Part shown: one piece after another, positions 54,431-64,000 of the stretch
Layout of the letters: each line of letters starts with the position of its first letter
Numbering within the stretch: position 1 is the first letter of the stretch
Source: Catajapyx aquilonaris
Taxonomy: Eukaryota
Length of the DNA stretch: 64,000 bases
Assembly (NCBI GenBank): GCA_000934665.2
Contig: KZ538033.1
Location: 62,001 to 126,000 of the forward strand
Reading direction: 5' to 3'
The notes under the pieces: model-generated
The model's database searches: none
What the model was told of the DNA's origin: nothing
The model's input: only the letters and a program-made list of their open reading frames with translations
Translations under genes and position numbers: made by a program

Positions 54431-54500
54431 GCCAGCCTCTGAGGAGGTAACACCTTCTGAGAAAGGTGCTGGCTGGCTTGGCATGGTTCAGGACCCGATC

Positions 54501-54527
54501 AATACACAGACCACTGTTGTATTATTT
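54501..54527 (+). terminator. Candidate LTR polyadenylation signal (variant AATACA plus downstream GU/U-rich tract)
   Basis: AATACA at 54501-54506 is followed by TGTTGTATTATTT, about 80 nt after the predicted TSS. I saw no canonical AATAAA in the LTR. Confidence 0.35.
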
Positions 54528-54576
54528 ACTCCCACCTTTCAGGACTGCTCAGCAATTAGGGACAGGTGTCATATCA

Positions 54577-54783
54577 GGGCCAGCAGGTATCTGCGTCGCC
54601 CATACATACACTGACAAGGCAGAAGATATTAGGGCCAGCAGGCATCTGCGTCGCCCAGATATATGAATCCGTCCAGTCAAGACTGACCAGTCACGTGTCA
54701 TGGATGGGCCAGCAGGCATCTGCGTCGCCCATACATACACTGACAAGGCAGAAGATATTAGGGCCAGCAGGCATCTGCGTCGC
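54577..54783 (+). repeat. Internal LTR array: four 23-bp repeats GGGCCAGCAGG(C/T)ATCTGCGTCGC with 32, 51 and 32-bp spacers
   Basis: Repeats at 54577-54599, 54632-54654, 54706-54728 and 54761-54783. Spacers 1 and 3 are identical (CCATACATACACTGACAAGGCAGAAGATATTA). This equals a 78-bp block duplicated at a 129-bp offset with one mismatch. Confidence 0.95.
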
Positions 54784-57700
54784 ACTAATATCCGAACCTA
54801 ATAGTCTTGTTAAAAAGAGGTAACCTGAATAACAGTCTAGTAAGAGCTTCCCTCTCACTAACCAGCCCAAGGTTAGCGGAAGCCCGAATCGGGGCAGGTG
54901 CACCAACAACACCACACTCTTTGGTCACCTTTAACTTTACCTATAACTACTTCTAAACCTGGCGTCACAATAGCAAGAACATCTAACACTAATATATCAA
55001 AGGGCACAGGTGCCAGAAATAAATTTAAGCTCACCTCTTCTCCACACATGAAATAAACCTGGCAAAAAGAAGCTCGGCCACAAAGAACCAGAAAAAAGAT
55101 GACCGGGAAATTTCCTTCGTTTTTTTCGGTTCCTTATCCCAAAACTCTTCTTCCCTTCCCACTTTTTTTTTTCTCCAGGAAAATAAAGGTTTTTGTCCCG
55201 AGCGCTTGGAGTCTGGTGGGGGTTGCCGAAGAAAAGTTTCTCCGCCGCTGCTTGCAGAAGCACGAGACAGATCCCTCTTATGAGGTCGATAGGACCAAGA
55301 GCCTTCCCCCACCCTACCCAAGTGCTACTTTCTCCTTTCGCCATGCCCTGCCCCATTTCACCTACTTCTTCCCTCCCTCAAAAAACCCACACATTTTATA
55401 TATACGGCAGAGATGGTTGGGAGGGACCATTCGCCCCAAAAAACCGCAGGGTTGGAAGGGAAGACCCCCTCACGGTGAAAGGGTAATTTTACGGGCTTGT
55501 CCCTTGTCACGTCCTATATCCAAAAAAAAGGAAGAAAAACTTTAGACGTGGCTACCTTGTGCCACCATACCCTAACACCGCAAATATTGGTGCCGGGGAT
55601 TACAAACGATACTTGGCCCTTTTCCTAGCGGAACAAAAGACCTCGTCTCGTCCATCAAGAGCCGATCCACATGACGGCTCCGGATAAAGGATCTGGGAGC
55701 CATCGATCACCTAACTCCCAAACGGCCCGAAGAGTGGTAATTTTTACAATGAATTTGAAGGGAGACATGAAGTCAGTGTTCAAATTTTTAAGCGGGGGTA
55801 GGCCCAAGCCTCTTCAAAGTTTTAGTGCAAAAGCTGGTCAGGAACATGTCAATCTATTGGGTTTCATCGGTCCGAGGGGAGTGAGCTGCTCTGAAACTTC
55901 GAGGCATGGATGATCAGTTATTTACAGTCATTATGAGTTAATATTGCTAACTCGGTCACGACTTGCCCGCAATTGGATTGATACAATAATTTGGCAACAA
56001 CGGGGCCAATCATTACTCGGTCAAGTTTACTTACAAAAGAACCAGCCAAATGCGGTAAAGTATTTTCATCACGCGGGTATAGACTCGAGACAAGCTAAAA
56101 GTTTATATCCCCCCCCCCCCCAGTTCTCTCTACCTCCCAAAGATTTTCTCAGAGTCAGCAGACGAGGCATTCTTTTGAATCACTAGAAAAGCCAATACTC
56201 ACGTATTTACAAAAGTTTAAGCTCAAAGTGCTTCATCACCGGAATAAACTTTTCTTCTCTCGCACCTCGGCTTTGATACGCAAAATAGGAGGGTCATCGA
56301 TCAATATCTGGAAAAAATATTTTGAAATCCAGTTCATCCTAATATGACGCAAAAACTTTTTGAAAAGTTCTTTAAGCACTCATTGTGCCATTTTTCGTAC
56401 AAAAATTGTTTCTGTTGGTATGACCTACTCAAGAAACAAACAAAAAAAAATCGGTGGGCCAGACGCTCCTAGCAATTATTCAGTTGGGTAGGGCCAACGG
56501 TTTGTGTCTGAATGTCTGAAACTGACAGCTCAATCCATTCGGTTCGTCAATGTTACATCACAAGGAAAAGTCTGCTGCATTAGTATGCAGCTATGGCTAC
56601 ATGGGAATGGTGAAACACGCCAAAATAATTCAACATCGAACCGGTTTTCCTCCCTCTGCTAGACTGATATCGATCAGATTACATTCCTCCACGCCCCCTC
56701 ATTAGTGATTAATCTTCTCTTTCCCTAGAAATGTGCCTTGTTTTTTTGTCTATTCTAGGCTTTTGTTCCAAATTTCCAAACTACACACCTTCTCTGTCGT
56801 CTGTTCATTTTGATCACAATTTAGATATCAAGTCTGGTGAGTAATGGAAATTCGCTTTCAACACTATTGTGGCCAATACATTTTTACACGCTTCCCATAT
56901 GAGTCATTAATCAAGTCGTGTACGGTTCAGGTTGTACCGGCGTAACGTCCCGTACTGTGGTTCGGCTAATTAAGTCCATAAAATTTTCAGGTGCTCTTTG
57001 ACCATTTCCTTTACATTAGCGGTCAGCTGGATTTGTGTAGCGGGCAAATTTCATGGGCTAGAACCGGCTGGTCTTCGGTACCAGGGGACAACCCCAATTT
57101 TTTTTCGCTAACGTGCTCGAACGCATCAAACCTATTTTCCTTGGCGATTCCAAACACTGAACACTGGGTGGAATCCATTTCATGCTCCGTAAACCTTATC
57201 AATCATTGGGCAACCCAGGGCAGTTCACTGAACTGGGATAATATGACTGCTTAATCGAGTTCGAAACCTCTTTTTTTTACAGTGAAGTAGGGAATAATGA
57301 AACTCCTGCATTGATGGGTTTCGCATCGGGGAAATCCGCAACCTCAGAGCTCCTTTCTTCGATTATATAAGACGCCCGGTCCCAAGCCAGGCAATGTGTC
57401 ACGATCTCAATAAAAAGGTCTACATTATGTCCCCCCTCCCCCAATATGATTGAAATTCAAAACTTCCACCCCCTCCTCTTGAATCTATCAATTACAGCTC
57501 CCCTCTGCCCCATTGTAAATATAGGCCCGGGCACTGCAACTGTTCATGAATTCGAAAGTTGCGCCCGTTACCTGTCACCACAATGTGTTCCGATGCCATG
57601 ATGGGCCTTTCCTTTTCGTTTGGAGTAATGGCCGGCCATAAACCCCATTTTTATTGCGGTCGTTTTCACACATTTCCTGCGCAATTATCATAAACACCAT

Positions 57701-60439
57701 TATGTGCGGGTCACGCCGCGTCCATTGTTGTTGACATTTGTTATGGACATTTTCCCTTCCTCGCCCTTGTACTACCTGTGTTGAGAGGACTCATGTTCAG
57801 CCCCCCAGAAGCGTTTCAACCCGGCTTGCATGCGAATGAACATCTGTTTACAAGCGCGTGGGAGCGATCGAGTGCGTCCTATTCTGGTCATGCCGTCATC
57901 AAGTGTGCTTCTGTACGTCGGAGGCCTCGTCATTTTCAAACGCTCTTCTAGTCCTTTTGTGTCCCGAGTCATGATGGCAACACGAGTGCAACTGATGGAT
58001 AACACAAACCGCACTTGTACCTGACTGTGACCCGGCCCGCTTACGCCTGCGTCAAACTTTTCAACACGAGAGACTTTGCAGGTCGATGCAAAGAGCCCTG
58101 CAGACACAGCAGGGCTTGGGTTGGAATGGGGGAAAAAAAATTGGGGGTGGTTGGAAGTGGGAGGGAAAACACAAGCACTGGGTGCATGGTACTACCTGTC
58201 GTGGACTCAGGTAAAAACCATTATGCTGGAGGATAAGGGTGGAGTGCTTTTAGTGCTCCGTATGTGTATAAGAGTACTAAATCGCAATACCTCCCGCATG
58301 CATTTTAGTACGTCGTAAAAGCTACGGTAGTTTTTTTTCACTCTCATAGACTAAATGGAGTGTACCGCACATTTACATCCAAACATAAAGAAGCACATAG
58401 TAAAAACTCTACCTTAGTTTGGTCTATTCTGCGTTTGTGCCTATCCTGGCGACCAGCAACCAACACGGCATCTCTGCATAACGGGAAGCATCGCAAAAGG
58501 GGCCTAATCCTGACCAAACCCAACTTCCAGCCAAGACATCCAGCGAAACGATCCGGAAACTTCTCTCGTAAGAAAAATATCGCCCTCCAAAAATGTCGGT
58601 CACCTTTCCAGAGCTGGCAGCAGATGGCAGCGGGAATCTGATACACTCGGGCTTTTAAACCCTTCAACTCTTGGACTGCCAAGAATTGGAGCACGAGAGG
58701 GCTTGTCAAGTGACATTTGGGTGATGCCTATCACCAGTTGAAAGACAGGAATTGAAGAAACCTATTATTTCCTCCCCCGGCTATTTTCGAACCGGGGCCC
58801 TATTACCTCGTTATATTCTCTCCCTTTGAACAATTCCACTCGACAGTTGCCAGTGGCCCAGAGGTACAAAAAAGGGCAACTGGGCTGCTCCAAAATGTCT
58901 AAAATTCTAAGAGGGTGTTGACCTGAAACTCGAACAGATTAATCGTAGGGTCTATAGGAAAAAAAACTAGGCATTTCTCTGGAGTCGAGACACATCTTCA
59001 TCCGGAAAACCACTCGGCTACATCCAGCCCCATTTTTCTCCGGACCTGAGATTATTGGGGAGGGTTGCATCGGGGAGTCCCCAAGTAAAGCTTGGACATT
59101 GAAGGACCGTGGGGGTGTTGTCCCCACTCTCCTAGTGACAAATGGTGCCGACTTCTGCCTAAAATCAATTACGTCCCTCATGGGAAATCTGTCGCTGGTC
59201 CTTACCCCTGAAGGTGTTTTGACATGGTACAAGCTCCCCTGTAAATTTTAAAACCAAGCGTGTAATTTGGTGGTACGTAACAACAAAGGGCTGGGCCCGG
59301 ACTTTGTTGTGGTCTTGCGTCTCATCTGGTAATTCTATTTTAGAGAGGCTTGGACACCAGATTAGCCTTCAATCACCCTTTGAAAAGCGGGCAACTTGTG
59401 CGCTAACTTAATGGAGTGGGAATATCATAGTTCGGGCACGAGTCTTACGGAATTAATCAAGAGGTTATCATCCCGCCAGTAGTTTGCCCAGTTTACTGCT
59501 GGTGTTTTGTTACTGCGTGTGTTCTAGGGATCTGAGAGGGCTGGAAACTAAGAGAGAGAGGCCCTGCTCCCAAATCTCAACCGCGTAATTACATGTCCTC
59601 TGCTCCTAGCGTAAGCGTAATTGCCACACTTTTCGTAGCGCGACAAGCGAACAAGCGTCCGGAGTGGATGACAACCATTTGTGGTAGCTAACTCATCTCG
59701 CCAGAAAACAACTTACAGCCTGCAGACCTGCTATTACTACAGTGCTGGACTCCACTCGACCGCGCGCCTGGAATTTCATACCCGGGGGTGCGTAACGACC
59801 CGCGACATACCTGACAAGAGTCACTCCAGAAGTGTGCCGGAGACACGAAAAAGAGAGTTATGTCGAGTGACAAAAAAACTAGGCTCTAATGATAGTTAGG
59901 TTCAGAACCAGACTTTTCCTTCCTCGGGCTAAATATTGATCTGAAAGTGCACTTGTTATGCACGTAGCATGCACACAGACACATTATTCTGGAGCGGAAT
60001 GCTACTTCACGCCAACTGCATACGGAGGCCTGTTACAAGCCGTAATATCAGTAGTCGGCCAGTTATTTATTCGCCTGCAAAAAAGAGGGGGGGTCGCACC
60101 TTTTTGCAATACCAACAAAAAAAAACTTGGCATGATTTGGTAGCGCTGCAAAACCGCGCTCGAATCTGGGGAGATCCATTGAATTGCATGAAAAACATGA
60201 AAAGGCGATCCGCGGGAATAGCGGCCCATTTGGAACCATCATATCCCCCCTGCTGCAGAGTGCAGACTGCTGCATCTCGCATGAACAAGGCAACATTCCT
60301 CTCGACTCCTCTTCCATGCCAAAACAGCTCGAGGAAAACCGTGGCCTGAACTAGGAATAAGAAACGGAGACCGCTTTTGTGACACTGACACGTCACAGCG
60401 GAGCTTGAGCAATATTTCTAACGACTCCGTCATTTGCAC

Positions 60440-60527
60440 CCGCCAGATGGCAGCAGTGGCTAGTTGTGGCCCATAGATGGCAGGACTAGCTTCCCACGAT
60501 TGCCCCTCGATCCTCCAGGTGGCAGCA
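60440..60527 (+). promoter_or_regulatory. Cluster of three co-oriented CTCF-like motifs (candidate insulator)
   Basis: CCGCCAGATGGCAGCA (60440-60455), CCCATAGATGGCAGGA (60470-60485) and CCTCCAGGTGGCAGCA (60512-60527) all fit the CCNNYAGRKGGCAG core. Matched by eye, not scored with a PWM. Confidence 0.55.
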
Positions 60528-63500
60528 CGTACCCACCGATCCGACCGGTCCAAAGAGTTGAAGTGCACAAAACGTTAACGCCACTCGTTTGATTCCGCTC
60601 TGACGCGTTGTGTAATTAAAGGCTATATTCCTGGGGGCCCATCACCTACACCCAAGCCCCCCCTACGAGTGCAGCAGACAGTGGTTGTCAATCGTGCTTT
60701 TATTAATGCCTCTCTTGTACCAATGTTCCGTCCACAAAGGCTTTCAATGATACGTGAAATAACACTCCATGGAAACAATGGCACCTGTCAACAAGCGCAG
60801 TTCCCTCCCACCGACCCGCTGCGAAGCATTAATATCAGACGATTACACACGCAGAGGGAGGGAAAGGTACGGTGGGGAGAGGCGGGGGTACAGAGGATTA
60901 AGCTTTCCTAGGTGATGCCTCACTGAACCCATTTGCTAATTGAAAGCGCACGGTCAAGTTATCTCCTCAGGATTCGCTACACATGGAAAGCAGCTGACAA
61001 ACACAGGGCGTTTAGACTCGAAAAGAAATTAACACGGACAGCCATAATGTAGTGACAAATATACGGTCCCCTCATCCCACCCCCACCCCCTCCAGTGCTT
61101 TTCATTCGGATGGTCCCGCCAGGGCAAATACAAACGGCTGTTGAGAACAACGGGGGTGAATGTGCGATTCAAAATTGTATCACTGTAAATGTCTGACGCT
61201 CGTGCTGAACACATCAAGCCTGGGGTTTATATGCCCGGGAATTAGATCCGAAAAGTCCGAACCCATCCGGGCTAATATAATAATGCCGGCTGTTGATTTG
61301 GATCCAATTCGATACAAGTTTACCTCCCGAATGCAAATTGCATTTTATACATTGTTCCATACTAGGAGGTGCCACATGTGTGTGTGTGTCTTAGTACCAT
61401 CCGCACAAACACTGCATCAATTAATTCACAAATTACAAATCCTCCCGTGCTTTACCAACAGGGGCGCATAATTCAATCGAGCAACACTGTCAAAATCGGC
61501 AATTAACTTTTTACAAAACGCCTGCTCGCATTATTCCTATCTAGCGACAAGTTTTTCGTGCCTGCTCGGCATATCTATGCAAATGCGAAAAGAATCGACC
61601 ACTCAATTCGGCCCTGGTCGGTCGGGCCTGGGGTGTGTGTTGCTTCTGGTTTGGGTCTATAAAAAGGCTTAGAGCAGGCGGTGCCAGAACAAGCAACAGA
61701 TAGAGCTTAGTAGGGTTGGAACTTGGGGGGGTTTCCCTCCTCTCCTCATGCAAAGCCTGTCAGCAGTCAGCGGCAACTACGTCCGTTGCAGTAACGGAAG
61801 AGGCGTCCGAAACCCTCCCGCTGTCATTCCTGGCCAACCAGTTTCCTCCGATAATTCCGAACTTGCCCGATAACACGTCCCTTGCATTTTGGCATCTGAA
61901 GTGGCTGCTCTAGGGGCCTGGCCCCCGCCTGTCATGTTCCCCCGGTTCGAAGCTCGCACGGAATCTACCAAGCCCCGTGTCAGCACATAGGGGAAGTTTC
62001 AACCCTACCACATGTAGCTGGAAATACGAGGTGGTTGGTAATGACTCATACTTCTGCACAAAGTGGCTTAGAAGTTGGTTGAATCATTTGAAACACCCTG
62101 TAGAGCTAAACTTGCAATTCGTGTGAAAACTTATCATGCAAAACCGGGGTTTCAAGCTGAGCAAACAGCGATGCAAAGAGGGAGCATTAAGGCAATTCCA
62201 GTGTCGTTATTAAATTCGCAACATCGATTCCGCAAGCCTCATAAATCATCTTCAAATTCGTCACAACATGCTGGTCTTAATGCTATTTGTGCAAAATGGT
62301 GGTGTTGGAAAGGGGGGCGAAATCAGTTCCGCCAGGAGAAGCTCAAATAGTGAAGAAAAGCAAAATGTGCAAGTAGATTCGGGAAGTTTCGAAATGACGG
62401 ATCATCAATAGGGGTGGGAAAGACGGGGTGTGGAATATTGTCGCCTTGAAAAGCCAAACTGGCGTAGATAACACCAATTTCTCTCTATCTCTCTCTCTAG
62501 CTTTCAACGTGTCCCATTTTTTTATATTCCTGGAGAACTCCAGGGTTCGATGAAAACTTTCGTGTCGGCGTCATATTTCGCCTGGGATGTTTCCCACAGC
62601 TTGTACTCAAATTGGCTCCCATAAAAAAATGGATCGACATACCCGTCAATAGTCGGCGGCAAAACTTTTCACCTTCCAGGAAAAAAGGGCTCACTATATA
62701 CTGATTGCCAAGCTGTCTCTTCCTCCACTTTTTTTTATATACAGACAGTCTATGCCTAGGGAAAAATTCACGGAAGATTTTGTCCCCCTGAATATTATAT
62801 CTGATAATTTATTCCCTCTGCAGGATCAGATCATTATCAGGCAATTAGATCAGCAAAAATAAATAAAGCAATCACTCGTCCATGCTTTCACGGGCATATC
62901 CAGCAAATATAAATCATGGAGTCTAAACTAATCCAATTTCCTGCCTTGTTATGTGATAACCCTAAGTCATATAAGACGATCTGCACTAATCAGCAGCCCC
63001 GTAAATTAATAGGCTTATCTAATTAAGGGCATACCCTTAATAGCATCCAGGAGTATAAAAATTAAGTTCTTGGAGAGATCCACAACACAATCCGCTTGAA
63101 TAATTTCGGTCTGTATACACCAGTATACATCTCCTCACTTCATTTGGTGCACCAATGGCTCACCACTTGATCAACTATTTAAGTCGTTTCATGTTAATTA
63201 TATAGGTGGGAAGGGGGCAGATCTTACAGGTGCAGAAATCCCTCATTAATATTGAAAAACGGGGGGAAATGCATACTGCATTTTAATTCGAGTGTAATCC
63301 ATTCGGTTTTCCGAGGTCACTTCTTAATAATTCCCTTTTTAGTATCCTTTGGGGTAAAGGGGCCTGAAATTAACATCAGAAGCCGGGGTACTGTGTGTAA
63401 CCACAGCACCGCAACTTAATATTACAGCGTCTGTTGCGTCATGTCTGGTCCTTCGCTAGAAATATTTAATAATGTATGTCATTTTTTTCGGACATTCGCC

Positions 63501-64000
63501 TACAGTAAGCTACTACACGACCATTAGTATTTTATAGTAAGGCGTTAGGTTTACATTAGTGCTGCAGTTGCCCAGTGTCTGCAAATCTTTGGCATACATG
63601 ATGATGTACGTAATTAATAATTAATTGGAATAGAAAGAGTAACTTCCCGTGTTATAACTTAGTTCATTTTGACCCGATTTCGCCCACTGAGTTGGACCTG
63701 CTAGTTGTACTTGCCCTCTGAAAACAGGCTAACGTGTGAGACTATGATGAACAAGGATATAGCGATTAAAATCATCCGCTGGCTTATAGTATAGGCTACA
63801 AAGCGAGTTGAACTCCATAAAAACGCGACCTGATGCCCAACAACATCAAATGAAAATGATGCGCCATTACTAAAGCTACCTTCACAAGAAATTATGCCCT
63901 GTAAGTAGGCTCGCGCTTGTATGGATTTGCTATAAGCTACCTGTGTAATCAACGTCATATGAAGTACGAGGTATGCTGAATTATTTGTGAAGCAAAAAGC

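Larger units (their letters stand above)
54163..54969 (+). mobile_element. Solo LTR of an LTR retrotransposon (probably Ty3/Gypsy-type), 807 bp
   Basis: Starts TGTAATGCCCAGG and ends CCTGGCGTCACA, giving TG..CA ends and an imperfect terminal inverted repeat. Identical ATAG flanks at 54159-54162 and 54970-54973 form a 4-bp TSD. Contains TATAAAA at 54391 and TCAGT at 54421. No PBS (TGG) follows and no polypurine tract precedes, as expected for a solo LTR. Superfamily is inferred from TSD length only. Confidence 0.85.

Noticed and set aside
54439..54464. CTGAGGA...GAAA hammerhead core in the LTR R region
   Set aside because: The bases flanking stem II do not pair next to GAAA, and there is no proper stem III or cleavage triplet.
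54577..54783. True CRISPR array
   Set aside because: Spacers 1 and 3 are identical, spacer lengths are uneven, no cas genes are present, and the array sits inside a eukaryotic LTR.
62095..62115. ACCCTGTAGA, resembling the miR-10 5' end
   Set aside because: The 3' half diverges and no hairpin partner is visible; better explained as a mariner-type terminus.

Overview
This is eukaryotic, essentially non-coding DNA, most likely a large intron or intergenic stretch from a draft invertebrate-animal assembly. Evidence: N gaps, microsatellites, many homopolymer runs, no obvious CpG depletion and TAAT-rich blocks. The taxon is inferred, not shown. None of the six-frame ORFs resembles a protein I recognise, and I found no tRNA, rRNA, recognisable miRNA or CRISPR-Cas locus. 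Best-supported features: (1) an 807-bp solo LTR at 54163-54969 with TG..CA ends, an ATAG target-site duplication, a TATA box plus TCAGT initiator and an internal repeat-spacer array that mimics a CRISPR array; (2) a perfect spacer-less 60-bp palindrome at 19079-19138, probably a minimal MITE; (3) a TATCGATA-rich patch with an 18-bp inverted repeat near 44.6 kb; (4) three co-oriented CTCF-like motifs at 60440-60527; (5) four scattered Tc1/mariner-type terminal 10-mers. I cannot support a novel protein-coding system from this sequence.
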